Origin: Candidatus Poribacteria bacterium
Lineage (GTDB): Bacteria; Poribacteria; WGA-4E; WGA-3G
DNA length: 64,000 nucleotides
Direction of reading: 5' to 3'
NCBI GenBank assembly: GCA_965205015.1
Contig: OZ242029.1
Coordinates: 5,472,001-5,536,000 of the forward strand
Below are positions 1-9,826 of the stretch, piece by piece (the stretch's first letter is position 1; every line of letters starts with the position of its first letter). A model generated the notes under the pieces. That model saw only the letters and a program-made list of their open reading frames with translations. It had not been told where the DNA came from and did no database searches. Both the position numbers and the translations under genes were made by a program.

Positions 1-285
1 CTCTCCATCTGCCGCAACCGTTACCCAGGACTTGTCAAACGCGATTGTGTCTGTTCCGACTGTCTCCTTGGTGATTTTCAGGAGGATAAACCCTTCACCC
101 TCAACAGTTCCGGGTGCCTCAAAGCTATAGATGCGTCGCTCTGCACCGTCGGCACTTAAGAGAGCCCACGTATTGCCGACCGTCGCCGGAAAATATGTTT
201 GTGCCATCGCTGTAGGTGCGAAACTACAGACGAGGCTTAGCACTAAGAGGGGTGTCAACCAAAACATAAATTTGGTAGTTTTCAT
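1..285 (-). CDS. Secreted hypothetical protein, truncated by window edge; paralog of 898..1872
   Basis: Not in ORF track. Manual translation MKTTKFMFWLTPLLVLSLVCSFAPTAMAQTYFPATVGNTWALLSADGAERRIYSFEAPGTVEGEGFILLKI; AAGGAG SD; signal peptide; aligns with AQNYYPPDVGNIWVLESIDGEEQSTYTLEGPETVDGEARILLKI. Confidence 0.85.
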   Translation of the reverse strand, partial: MKTTKFMFWLTPLLVLSLVCSFAPTAMAQTYFPATVGNTWALLSADGAERRIYSFEAPGTVEGEGFILLKITKETVGTDTIAFDKSWVTVAADGE

Positions 286-427
286 AACCGAAATCTCCTT
301 TTCTCAAAAGATACTCATTTGAATAATACTTACAATAGCAGGACGGACGCAATTTTGACCATAGGCAGCTTTGTTAGCGGGAGAACCCGAAGAAAACACA
401 GATGTTCTCGTGGCACAACCTAACAGG

Positions 428-676
428 TTATGCTACAAAAGAGCAGCATGCGCACGTCCTAAATAGATAATATTGTCCGAGCGAACGCTCGCGCGGGAAG
501 ATGGAGGCGGCACGTGGTTCATCAACGCGCGAGTCTTTTGTGTTAGAACGCTGACGCCATCCCTCTGGCGAAAGATCATCGTGTTCTGAGACGTATCGAT
601 ACCCAAACCAGATTCCGATCGCCATCACCAGCGCGACGATGATAACAACAACTAATGCCACTTTCCAACTTACCAT
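428..676 (-). CDS. Small hypothetical protein with N-terminal TM helix
   Basis: Hydrophobic VALVVVIIVALVMAIGIWFGY followed by a charged segment. Confidence 0.5.
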   Translation of the reverse strand: MVSWKVALVVVIIVALVMAIGIWFGYRYVSEHDDLSPEGWRQRSNTKDSRVDEPRAASIFPRERSLGQYYLFRTCACCSFVA

Positions 677-778
677 GCAGATTTATCCAAATCTTGTGTA
701 ATGATGCTCAAATATTAGCAGATTTATTAAAGGTTTTCAACAAAAAATATCAGATTCGGACCCGCATTACGGGATTCT

Positions 779-893
779 TATAGTAAAACCTACAATTAAG
801 TTTACACACTCTAATGTGGCGAGGTTCGGAAACCTCGCCAGCAAGGGGGGTTGTGTTTTCGAGAGTGCCCAAGTATTTTCGGGCTTTACTATA
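779..893. repeat. MITE/REP-like cassette, copy 1
   Basis: Termini TATAGTAAA...TTTACTATA; internal hairpin TGGCGAGGTT-CGGA-AACCTCGCCA (817-840); closely similar to 5614-5731. Confidence 0.85.
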
Positions 894-897
894 AAGA

Positions 898-1872
898 TCA
901 ATTGCTGAAACTTTGTGCGATACGGACCACATCCAGAATGTTAACAGTGCCATCGCCGGTGACATCTGCGTCAGAATCGGATTCCCCGAAGCGAGTCGCC
1001 ACGAAAGTGAGGTCCAAGATATTCACAACACCGTCCCCTGTTACGTCGTAAGGGAGGGGTTCAGGTGGCGTGTCCTCCTGAGAAGGCTGTTCAGGAACAG
1101 TGTCACCCTTAGGAGATGTGTCAGGCATACCGTCTTCCTCAGGAGAGGGTTCGGATATAACGTCATTCTCTATGGTTTCAGATGCCTCAGGCACGGTTAG
1201 CAGGTTGGAACTCACCAAACCAAAAAGCAAGCCATCGCTGTTTTCGTATTGGACGGGACCTATATCGGGAGCGAACCATTGGTGCGTATTTGAATCAAGA
1301 TTTAAGAATCCGCCAGCAGTAAAATTCAAATCTATCTGCACCTTGGCGCAGTTCTGGAATGTTCCCGCCGGTGTGACCACGTCCTCAAATCCAACAACTT
1401 CAAAATCAGTAATACTTTCCCCAAGTATGGGGTTCGGTAGGATTTCCACTTTCACTTCTGCATCTCCCGCTATCTGCCATTTCTCTCCCAGTTCCAAGTG
1501 TAAAGGGAAAAACGTAACAGGTGTTGGAAACTCCGCAGTCACCAGAGCAGGAGGCTCTTTTAATTCAAAGATAGTTTTATGGAGTTCAATCGCTTCAGTA
1601 CCAACAGTCAAAAAATACGTATCAGTGTCAACCTCACCAGTGCTGAATTCCTCATTTCTAATCTTCAGTAGAATACGCGCTTCACCGTCAACCGTTTCGG
1701 GTCCCTCCAGGGTATAGGTGCTTTGTTCTTCACCATCAATGCTCTCCAACACCCATATATTGCCGACATCTGGTGGATAATAATTCTGTGCTGTTGCGCA
1801 AAACACAAAGAAATGAATGAGACTCAAGACCAAAACAGGTTTGAGCCACTGTAAAAATGCGGTTTTTTTCAT
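898..1872 (-). CDS. Secreted protein with acidic Pro-rich linker and C-terminal type I dockerin-like domain
   Basis: Signal peptide; VVTPAGTFQNCAKV and WFAPDIGPV motifs; duplicated DVTGDGVVNILDL / DVTGDGTVNILDV. Confidence 0.85.
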   Translation of the reverse strand: MKKTAFLQWLKPVLVLSLIHFFVFCATAQNYYPPDVGNIWVLESIDGEEQSTYTLEGPETVDGEARILLKIRNEEFSTGEVDTDTYFLTVGTEAIELHKTIFELKEPPALVTAEFPTPVTFFPLHLELGEKWQIAGDAEVKVEILPNPILGESITDFEVVGFEDVVTPAGTFQNCAKVQIDLNFTAGGFLNLDSNTHQWFAPDIGPVQYENSDGLLFGLVSSNLLTVPEASETIENDVISEPSPEEDGMPDTSPKGDTVPEQPSQEDTPPEPLPYDVTGDGVVNILDLTFVATRFGESDSDADVTGDGTVNILDVVRIAQSFSN

Positions 1873-2019
1873 GCTTCAATTCTCCCTTTGTTGACTTTTT
1901 CCAAGCTTCGTGTGATAATACGAGTATATTACTATATCTGTTGCAATTTTGCAAGGAAAGAAAAGAGCGCAGGATTGACTTGTCTGCGTGCCACAAAAAA
2001 CAGTAAAAGGAGAACATAG

Positions 2020-2751
2020 ATGCGTTTAGAAGGACAGGTTGCGATTGTTACGGGGGGTGGCGGAGGTATTGGGAAAGCAACGTGTCTCGCGTTCGCCAAA
2101 GAAGGTGCGGATATTGTCATCCCTGAAGTGAACTTAGCGAACGCGGAAGCGGCTTCAGCGGAAATAACTGCGCTCGGTAGGCAGTGTCGAGTGATTGAAA
2201 CGGATGTAGCGGACGGTAATTCTGTGCGTCAGATGGTTCAGGAAACACTCGACACATTCGGACGGATCGATATTTTAGTCAACAATGCTGGTATTTTTAG
2301 TTATACGCGTATCGATGCATGCACGGAAGCAGAATGGGACCGGATGATGGCTGTAAATCTCAAAGGTCCATTTCTCTGTTCACAGGCGGTCATGGAAACG
2401 ATGAAAACACAACGCTCTGGACGGATCATCAATCTCGGTTCGTTGGCGGGACAGGTCGGAGGTTTGGTCGCGTCTGCCCCGTATTCCGCCTCAAAAGCGG
2501 GTGTCATGTGCCTGACGAAATCGCTGGCACGCGTGCTTGGCGAGTACGGAATTACGGTGAACTCCATCGCACCGGGGGTCGCAGCAACGGAGATGGCGAA
2601 AAATCATCCCGATATGACAGATCAGATCCCACTGGGACGCGTCGCCGATGCGTCAGAAATAGCAACTGCTATCCTCTTTCTCGCCTCGGAAGAGGGGCAG
2701 TATGTGACGGGCGCGACGCTTGATGTCAACGGTGGAATACGGATGGCGTAA
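2020..2751 (+). CDS. SDR family oxidoreductase (FabG-like)
   Basis: TGGGGGIG, NNAG, YSASK motifs; AAGGAG SD. Confidence 0.93.
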   Translation: MRLEGQVAIVTGGGGGIGKATCLAFAKEGADIVIPEVNLANAEAASAEITALGRQCRVIETDVADGNSVRQMVQETLDTFGRIDILVNNAGIFSYTRIDACTEAEWDRMMAVNLKGPFLCSQAVMETMKTQRSGRIINLGSLAGQVGGLVASAPYSASKAGVMCLTKSLARVLGEYGITVNSIAPGVAATEMAKNHPDMTDQIPLGRVADASEIATAILFLASEEGQYVTGATLDVNGGIRMA

Positions 2752-2765
2752 AAAGGAGAAAAAAT

Positions 2766-3773
2766 ATGGAATATAGAACACTTGGACGAGCAGGCGTAAA
2801 GGTCTCACCGCTCTGCCTCGGCACTATGATGTTCGGGGGACCAACGAACGAAAAGGATTCTATTCGGATTATCCACAAGGCTTTGGACGCGGGCATTAAC
2901 TTTATGGACACAGCGAACGTCTATAACGATGGCGAATCGGAACGGATTATCGGGAAAGCCGTTCGCGAAAACCGAGAGAAATGGGTCATTGCCACGAAAG
3001 TTCACGGCAATATGGGAGATGATGTGAATGCAGCGGGTTCACACCGATTCCATATCATGTCGGCAGTCGAAGCAAGTCTGAAACGTCTTGATACAGATCA
3101 CATCGATGTCTATTACTTGCACCGCTGGGATGCCTCAACGCGAATAGCGGAATCGCTACGGGCTTTGGACGATTGCGTGCGACAGGGAAAGGTGCGTTAT
3201 ATTGCGTGTTCCAACTTTCAGGCGTGGCGTATTTGCGAGGCACTCTGGACGAGCGAAAAACAGGGACTGGAAGAATTTGTGTGTGTCCAACCCCTTTACA
3301 ACATTGTTAACCGAGATCCCGAGGTAGAGTTGTTGCCGTTCTGCGAAAAGTATGGTGTGGGGGTTGTGCCGTATAGTCCATTGGCGCGAGGCGTGCTGGC
3401 TGGAAAGTACCTGCCTGGCAAAGAGCCGCCTGCGGGTTCACGCGCAGCACGCAAGGATAGACGCATTTTGCAGACGGAACTTCGTGAGGAAAGTTATGAG
3501 GTCGCGCAACAACTCAAACCGCTGGCAGATGCACACGGGAAAACGTTGACGCAATTTTCGTTGGCGTGGGTGCTGGCGAATCCGATCATTACCTCTGCTA
3601 TCATTGGACCGCGCACGATGCACCAATTAGAGGATAACTTGGGGTCTTTAGATTGCACGCTCACGGAAGATGACGAGGCGGCGATCAACGCATTGGTGCC
3701 ACCGGGTGAACATACCGGTAAAGGGTATAACGATCCGGCGTATCCGGTGCTGGGGCGGTCAATAACGGGTTAG
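2766..3773 (+). CDS. Aldo/keto reductase
   Basis: LCLGTMMFG, DTANVY, IATK, SLKRLDTDHIDVYYLH, YSPLARGVL. Confidence 0.93.
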   Translation: MEYRTLGRAGVKVSPLCLGTMMFGGPTNEKDSIRIIHKALDAGINFMDTANVYNDGESERIIGKAVRENREKWVIATKVHGNMGDDVNAAGSHRFHIMSAVEASLKRLDTDHIDVYYLHRWDASTRIAESLRALDDCVRQGKVRYIACSNFQAWRICEALWTSEKQGLEEFVCVQPLYNIVNRDPEVELLPFCEKYGVGVVPYSPLARGVLAGKYLPGKEPPAGSRAARKDRRILQTELREESYEVAQQLKPLADAHGKTLTQFSLAWVLANPIITSAIIGPRTMHQLEDNLGSLDCTLTEDDEAAINALVPPGEHTGKGYNDPAYPVLGRSITG

Positions 3774-3818
3774 GGCAAGTGGGTGTGGAACGGCGTTAGG
3801 ATTTGCGCAATTTTAGCG

Positions 3819-3845
3819 GTAGGTGCGGTTAGAAACCGCATCTAC
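3819..3845 (+). repeat. GTAG-type REP hairpin between convergent genes (possible bidirectional terminator)
   Basis: GTAGGTGCGGTT-AGA-AACCGCATCTAC. Confidence 0.7.
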
Positions 3846-3878
3846 TGAGTTTAACCGCACACAGAAAAAAGGCTTTAT

Positions 3879-4754
3879 TCACCTGAGCCACGGTAAGATT
3901 CTGGAAAAGGCACGGGAATCCTCCTTGACGAGGAAGAAATTTCTCTTCGGCGAGTCAGAAAGTTTTTTACATCGCCGGATAGAATATTTCCTGATCTCAT
4001 AAAGTTGATACCCTAAATCTGAAACGTAATTTTCTATGTCTGCGAACAAAGTGCGATTCGTTTCACCAACATCTTTCAACTCCGCCATTAAGAGCGGCGC
4101 GTGCGTTTTTAAGCAGTGCGTTCCGCCGCGTAACACCTCTAATTGATACCCTTCTACATCAATCTTGATGAAATCCGGAATTGGGAGTTCGCGGATGAGG
4201 TTGTCAATTGTATCAAGCGTTACGCGTTCCGATGCCGTTCGTCCATTGGCATACTTTAAGGACGCCGTGCCTTCGGTAAGTCCTGCCTCAGCGTAGTAAA
4301 GATGCCGTTGTTCTGTGTTGTCGCTGAGTCCTTTATTGACAACAGTAACATTTGCAAACCGATTCAGAGAGACATTCTCGCTGAGGTAGCCACAGGTGCG
4401 TAAGGCAGGTTCAAACGCGACGACAGCACCAGCACTCTCAACCCGTGAGGCGAGGAGACATGTATAAAATCCGATGTTCGCGCCGATGTCCCAACAGATG
4501 TCTCCCGGTTGAATCATCCGCAAGAGTTTGGTAACGACATGCCGCTCATCATGCGTCCCGTAAAAATAGAGGTATTGGTGCTCAGGATTCGCAAGATTGG
4601 CTTTCAATCGGAACCCGTACTTGGTGTCAAAAACAGCGATCAGGTCCTCAGGCGTAATCAAACCCCGTGTTAAGTTTAGCAGCAAACGCTTACCGTCAGT
4701 AATTGGGGACCATCGGAGATAGCCGCGAACAAGAGCGTTGAGAGGCAGGTTCAT
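3879..4754 (-). CDS. FkbM family methyltransferase
   Basis: WDIGANIGFYT, AFEP, IKIDVEGYQ; ATG 4754 overlaps the upstream stop (ATGA). Confidence 0.9.
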   Translation of the reverse strand: MNLPLNALVRGYLRWSPITDGKRLLLNLTRGLITPEDLIAVFDTKYGFRLKANLANPEHQYLYFYGTHDERHVVTKLLRMIQPGDICWDIGANIGFYTCLLASRVESAGAVVAFEPALRTCGYLSENVSLNRFANVTVVNKGLSDNTEQRHLYYAEAGLTEGTASLKYANGRTASERVTLDTIDNLIRELPIPDFIKIDVEGYQLEVLRGGTHCLKTHAPLLMAELKDVGETNRTLFADIENYVSDLGYQLYEIRKYSIRRCKKLSDSPKRNFFLVKEDSRAFSRILPWLR

Positions 4755-5569
4755 CCCCACGTTTCAAGTCCTAACAACTTTCTGCCGAGTTCGGTCAGAT
4801 ACGCCGTATTGCCTGATTCATGCTCCTTCTCTGCACGTTCACCGCTGAAACCCGCCATACGTTCTTTCCAGGCATTGACCCGGCGTTGGCGTGCCTCCGG
4901 ATTCGCTTCTCCTGTCGGGGACATCGTGATGTATTGCGCGACCCGTGGCGCATCGGCAGTGTTAATGCCCGCACTATGCGGCAAGGCACTGTGCCAAATA
5001 ACGAGATCCCCGGCTTTGCCGGGCACTGGTACTGCGCCGAGTGCCACTAAATCTTGTTGTCTCGGGTCGGCATCTTTTGGAAGACCCTTTATCCACGCCT
5101 CAATCTTATTGTGGAACCCAGGGACACACGTAAATGCCCCTTGATCGGCGGCAGTATCGGTCAGATAAAGCACGCCTTGGACGTGGAAACGGAAAGGAAG
5201 GTCTACAGATGTATCCCAGTGGAGTCCTAAGTTTGTCCGTTCAAATTTTCCGGGAAGATTGGGTGGGCTCATGCTGGCACGGTCGAAACTCACCCACAGT
5301 TTTTCAGTTTCCCAAATTTCAGCGAACGCCTGATGGACACGCGGAAATTGACGAGTTGCCCACAGTGCCGGGTGCTGATAGATTTCTACCATGATGCTTT
5401 TACGAGGGGGGTCGGGATACCAAGTGTCCGGATCATTGGCATCCATCTCAAGGAAATCCCAGACGGCTTCTGCTACATTCTGTATTAATTCTGGGGGTGC
5501 CGCATCGCGGATGACGACATAACCGTTTTCTTCCCAGAACGCACGATCTTCGGAACTCAAAACAGCCAT
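4751..5569 (-). CDS. Phytanoyl-CoA dioxygenase (PhyH) family Fe(II)/2OG enzyme
   Basis: FWEENGYVV, canonical LHWD...LPHS triad; start MAVLS with GGAGG SD (ORF-track extension runs through a repeat). Confidence 0.9.
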   Translation of the reverse strand: MAVLSSEDRAFWEENGYVVIRDAAPPELIQNVAEAVWDFLEMDANDPDTWYPDPPRKSIMVEIYQHPALWATRQFPRVHQAFAEIWETEKLWVSFDRASMSPPNLPGKFERTNLGLHWDTSVDLPFRFHVQGVLYLTDTAADQGAFTCVPGFHNKIEAWIKGLPKDADPRQQDLVALGAVPVPGKAGDLVIWHSALPHSAGINTADAPRVAQYITMSPTGEANPEARQRRVNAWKERMAGFSGERAEKEHESGNTAYLTELGRKLLGLETWG

Positions 5570-5613
5570 TTTTTCCTCCAATTGTATTGTACGGAAAGGA
5601 CTCGTCAGGAAAT

Positions 5614-5731
5614 TATGGTGAAGCCCACAATTAAGTTTACACGCTCTCATGTGGCGAGGTTCGGAAACCTCGCTATCGAGGTGGGAGCTTGTGTTTTCTA
5701 AAGTGTCCACGTATTTTCGGGTTTTACTATA
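5614..5731. repeat. MITE/REP-like cassette, copy 2
   Basis: TATGGTGAA...TTTACTATA; same GGCGAGGTTCGGAAACCTCGC hairpin and flanks as 779-893. Confidence 0.85.
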
Positions 5732-5746
5732 AAATGTAGTAATATT

Positions 5747-6205
5747 TTACCCTAACCGGCGTAAAAAAGCAGAGAGAAAAATAACGATCAATCCTAAAAC
5801 TACAGTGAGGTTGAGCCACGGTGCTGGTTTTCTCTGAAATACATCGAAGACAGGATACGGGAACGTCAGGATAATCGCTAATGTGAATATTAAAAAGACA
5901 ATAAAAAGTTTCACACCCAACACGAGGATGTAGAGTGAGTAATCCGATATAAATGTTCCAGTGGCGGCAACTGCACGGGCGGCACGAAAGAAGGTGATGA
6001 AATTATATAATCCCGATATGAGGACGGTTAACAGTGCCGTCCAGACGACCCCGCTGAAACGTCTCAATGCGGATGAGATCAGTGCTTCCGGTTTAGGAAA
6101 CCGTTTGGCAATCGGGAGTAAAACAACCCGGAAAAAAAAGAATCCTCCTATCATCAGAACGACGGAGCCGACATGTATCCATTGCATCAACGATTTCAGA
6201 ATCAT
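5747..6205 (-). CDS. 4-TM membrane protein (CopD/DUF4149-like)
   Basis: WIHVGSVVLMIGG, LISGLYN, LGVKL; four hydrophobic helices. Confidence 0.7.
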   Translation of the reverse strand: MILKSLMQWIHVGSVVLMIGGFFFFRVVLLPIAKRFPKPEALISSALRRFSGVVWTALLTVLISGLYNFITFFRAARAVAATGTFISDYSLYILVLGVKLFIVFLIFTLAIILTFPYPVFDVFQRKPAPWLNLTVVLGLIVIFLSAFLRRLG

Positions 6206-6314
6206 CTTTTTATCTATTGAGTTTTCGCTCCGATTTTTTCCGATGTCGAAATCGGGTTTTCGATGCCTTTCAAGAACATCGAGGGTAATTATAAAGTCCC
6301 AAAGACACTATGGC

Positions 6315-6351
6315 AGAAGGGCAGCCGGTTTCGCCCACCAACTGCCCTTCT
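6315..6351 (-). terminator. Stem-loop after the molybdoenzyme operon (possible terminator)
   Basis: AGAAGGGCAG...CTGCCCTTCT 10-bp stem; weak U-tract. Confidence 0.45.
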
Positions 6352-6387
6352 CCATTTTCTCGTTCTTATGTTCCAGCCCCTGCGATG

Positions 6388-6627
6388 TTACACCACTGGC
6401 TTCCCACCAACGGGGTCAAAACAGGCGCGTGCCTGCTTGCAAGCGTCTGGCGACACAAACTGATCGTCGGGTCCTACGTCTTTCATGGTGCAATTGCACC
6501 AATAGTGCGAACCCGGATTGTTCTCAACGAGGTTCTGCAAGTTGCCGCCCGGAATGTAAATCGCCTTCGTCCGAAGATATTGGCATATCGGACGATTAAA
6601 GATTGGAAGTGCTTTTCCTTGTAACAT
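6388..6627 (-). CDS. Small Cys-rich protein, fourth gene of the molybdoenzyme operon
   Basis: AAGGAG SD, 12 nt after the FAD-subunit stop; CQYLRTK...YWCNCT...GPDD...C...RACF. Confidence 0.75.
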   Translation of the reverse strand: MLQGKALPIFNRPICQYLRTKAIYIPGGNLQNLVENNPGSHYWCNCTMKDVGPDDQFVSPDACKQARACFDPVGGKPVV

Positions 6628-6639
6628 ATCACTGCTCCT

Positions 6640-7620
6640 TTAGCTTGCAGCCAGCATTGCGGCGCGGCTGACGAGGTTCTGTGTTAAGGTCACCTTATAC
6701 ACATTGTCGTTCAAGGGTTGCGCGTCCTGGACAGCATCGGCACCCGCCTGCTGGCTCACGGATTCGTCGATCATCTTACCCGTGACTGCCGCCTCTGCCT
6801 CTTTAGAACGCCACGGTGCAGGTGCAACCCCGCCGAGCACGATACTGGCGGTTTTACAAGTCTTCCCGTCCATCTCAAAAACGCCAGCAACACTTGATAA
6901 TGCGAAGTCAGGAGCCCCCTTCTCACGCGCCTTCAAATAGAAACTCTTTGTATTCGGCTTCGGTGCTGGGACACTGACCTCAACGACAATTTCATTGGGC
7001 TCCAGCACGTTTTCCCGGAACGGGTTTGCAGCCGGTAAGGTAAAGAATTCCTCAAGCGACATGCTCCTCTCGCCCTCAGGTCCAACGATCTTGATCGAGG
7101 CACCCAAAGCAATCAATGCGGGTGCGAGGTCCGAAGGATGCACAATGTAGACTGGATCGCCACCAAGGATCGCATGATATTTGCTCAAACCATCAACCGC
7201 ATAACAGATGTCTCCACCCTTTTTCAGGCAATCGGTGGATTCATCCCGGTAGTACCAACACCGCGGCCGCTGGCAGAGATTCCCGCCGAGTGTCCCGACG
7301 TTCCGAATCTGTGGCGTTGCGACAGACCCGGCAGCTTGCGACAAAACAGTGTAGTGATGCTGGATAGTCGGATGCATAGCGATGTCAGCAACAGTGGCTA
7401 ACGCACCGATTTTTAAGCCGGATGCATCCGCTTCAATGCTATCCATTCCGGGTAACGTTTTGAGATTAACGAGCGTCTTGGGGGTCTCAATGTACTCTTT
7501 GAGTTCGGCGAGCAGATCCGTTCCGCCGGCGATAAGCATGACTTCGCCCCAACCGCTTTCACTCAGGAGTGACGTGACCTGCTCCAGACTGGTAGCGTTA
7601 ACGTAACTAAACTTCTCCAT
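6640..7620 (-). CDS. Xanthine dehydrogenase family FAD-binding subunit (PaoB/YagS-like)
   Basis: AGGTDL, ATPQIRNVGTLGGNLCQRPRCWYYR with the extra Cys cluster motif. Confidence 0.92.
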   Translation of the reverse strand: MEKFSYVNATSLEQVTSLLSESGWGEVMLIAGGTDLLAELKEYIETPKTLVNLKTLPGMDSIEADASGLKIGALATVADIAMHPTIQHHYTVLSQAAGSVATPQIRNVGTLGGNLCQRPRCWYYRDESTDCLKKGGDICYAVDGLSKYHAILGGDPVYIVHPSDLAPALIALGASIKIVGPEGERSMSLEEFFTLPAANPFRENVLEPNEIVVEVSVPAPKPNTKSFYLKAREKGAPDFALSSVAGVFEMDGKTCKTASIVLGGVAPAPWRSKEAEAAVTGKMIDESVSQQAGADAVQDAQPLNDNVYKVTLTQNLVSRAAMLAAS

Positions 7621-7631
7621 TGCTTACCTCC

Positions 7632-9749
7632 TTATGCCTCCTCGGCGAGTGCGTCAAGGATCTTATCGGGTGTTATCGGTAACGACCGAATGCGAACGCC
7701 AATCGCATTGTAAACGGCATTCGCGATCGCTCCGGGTGTCGGAATACACGGCGGTTCCCCAACACCAGTAACTTTGCGGTGCGTATCGAAAACGATAGAT
7801 TTCATCTCAGGGATCTCGAAAGTTCCAGGCACCTTGTAGTCCTCGAGGTTGGCGTTGACCATCCGACCCGTTTGCGGATCCATGAACCGCTCTTCGAGGA
7901 GTGCTTGACCCAACCCCATGATAACACCGCCATTAATCTGGCTTTCCGTCGTCAATCTGTTAATTGCCAATCCGCAATCCTGAACGGCGACAATTTTGAT
8001 GACCCTGATAGCCCCCGTCTGCGTATCAATTTCGACTTCAGCGAACTGGGTACCTGCGGCACCGTTTTGGCGGAGGTCCTCATCCCAAGTACCACCTTCG
8101 CTAATGCTCTCCATGCCGAGTTGTCCGGTTGCCTGTTTCCACGTAATTGTTTTGGTTCTGTCAGAAACAACATAGATAGTGCCGGTACCGACACGCAGGT
8201 CTCCGACAGGTGCCTCAAGCAGAGGCGCGATGCGTTCAAACAATTTCTGTTTCGCTGCCGCTGCTGCGGTTTTGATAACAGGTGCCACCGACGGTGTTGT
8301 TTGACTCCCACCACTGCCGCCAGAGGGTAATCCGGGCTGGCTATCACCAACCTTTACACGGATATCGGTCGTATTCAGACCGAATTCTTCGGCAACAATC
8401 ATCGCAATAACTGTGCGGACCCCGGTTCCAATGTCTTGTGTACCTGTGACGGCTTCAACAGTGCCGTCTGCATTGATAGTGACACGCGCTTCTGTGCCGC
8501 GTCCGCCACCGCCACCCCATTGCCCGCTACCAACGCCCATGCCGCGCTTTTTCACGCCTGTGCCGGCGCCTGGTACGGTGTTACGACGGTGCCAGCCGAT
8601 CTCTTGGGCACCGAGGGTGTATTGTGCCTGACGCACCTCATTTGGATCGTTGATACGACGGAACTCCACTGGATCCATACCGAGTTTTTCGGCAAGTTCA
8701 TCCATCAGAGAGTCCATTGCGAACGCGCCCTGCGGGTGTCCAGGCGCACGCATGGCACGTTGATTGCCAGCGTTGACAGCCACGTTAACCCGTTCCGCCC
8801 GACTGTTTGGTACGTGGTAGACGTAAGGTCCCGTGAAACCTGCGCCACTGGAGATGCCGCCTGTACCGTAGCCCTTCATATCGTAAGCGATAAGCCGTCC
8901 GTCGCTTGTCGCACCGGCGCGAACTTTCTGTGTCATTGAGGGTCTATTACCAGCAACAAGATGCTCCGCCTTCCGAGTCAGCATTAACTTCACGGCTTTT
9001 CCAGTAATACGTGCCAACTCAACCGCCGTGCGTCCTTCTATACCGGGTCCGAATTTGCTCCCAAATCCGCCACCCATGTGCTCCGTAATGACCCGAACCT
9101 GGTTTGCTGGCAATTCAAAGTGCTGCGCGAAATCGTTACGCACCCCAAAAACACCTTGGGTAGACGCCCAAACGGTAAGATTCTCTTCATCCTCCCATTT
9201 TGCGACGTGTCCATGTGTTTCCAAGCAAACATGCGTCTGAACAGGCGCGTGATAAGTCGCTTCAACCTCAATAGCCGCTTCAGCAAATCCGGCATTGATG
9301 TCGCCGTCTTCCCTGACATTCGGTTCACTCTGATTGCCCGCCCAATCCTCTCGGATTTGCGGCGCGCCTTCTGCCATTGCGTCATCTTCTGTGACGACGT
9401 GCGGCAATTCCTCCAAGTCGACATGAATGCGCCGAATCGCGTCCTTAGCAATGTCATCTGTTTCAGCGGCAACAGCAGCAATTTCTTGCCCTTGGTACCG
9501 GAGTTTATTCCCAACCTCAATGAGCGGGATAACAGCCTTGACCCCGGGTAACGCCTCTGCCTCGCTCAGGTCAATACCCATAACGGTAGCGTGTGCGGTC
9601 TCAGAACGTAAGATACGTCCGTAAAGCATCCCCGGTTCATTGATGTCAAAAGTATACTTCGCTTTTCCAGTGACTTTATCCTTACCGGACAAACGGGTAA
9701 CCCGTTTTCCGATGAGGCGAGATTCACTTGCTTCTCCCCATGATGCCAT
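7632..9749 (-). CDS. Xanthine dehydrogenase family molybdopterin-binding subunit (PaoC/YagR-like)
   Basis: KVTGKAKY, MGGGFGSK, AMRAPG, QINGG, GVGEP; start MASWG with GGAGG SD. Confidence 0.93.
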   Translation of the reverse strand: MASWGEASESRLIGKRVTRLSGKDKVTGKAKYTFDINEPGMLYGRILRSETAHATVMGIDLSEAEALPGVKAVIPLIEVGNKLRYQGQEIAAVAAETDDIAKDAIRRIHVDLEELPHVVTEDDAMAEGAPQIREDWAGNQSEPNVREDGDINAGFAEAAIEVEATYHAPVQTHVCLETHGHVAKWEDEENLTVWASTQGVFGVRNDFAQHFELPANQVRVITEHMGGGFGSKFGPGIEGRTAVELARITGKAVKLMLTRKAEHLVAGNRPSMTQKVRAGATSDGRLIAYDMKGYGTGGISSGAGFTGPYVYHVPNSRAERVNVAVNAGNQRAMRAPGHPQGAFAMDSLMDELAEKLGMDPVEFRRINDPNEVRQAQYTLGAQEIGWHRRNTVPGAGTGVKKRGMGVGSGQWGGGGGRGTEARVTINADGTVEAVTGTQDIGTGVRTVIAMIVAEEFGLNTTDIRVKVGDSQPGLPSGGSGGSQTTPSVAPVIKTAAAAAKQKLFERIAPLLEAPVGDLRVGTGTIYVVSDRTKTITWKQATGQLGMESISEGGTWDEDLRQNGAAGTQFAEVEIDTQTGAIRVIKIVAVQDCGLAINRLTTESQINGGVIMGLGQALLEERFMDPQTGRMVNANLEDYKVPGTFEIPEMKSIVFDTHRKVTGVGEPPCIPTPGAIANAVYNAIGVRIRSLPITPDKILDALAEEA

Positions 9750-9826
9750 GTGTTTTCCTCCTATAGCCAACTGCCCCATTGGCGTGGTAGGCGCTTGCGT
9801 CTCGCAAGTCAATCCTTGCTTTCAAA

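Noticed and set aside
750-965. ORF 750..965 and the similar N-terminal extension of 4751..5710
   Set aside because: Their similarity comes from reading through the same non-coding cassette.
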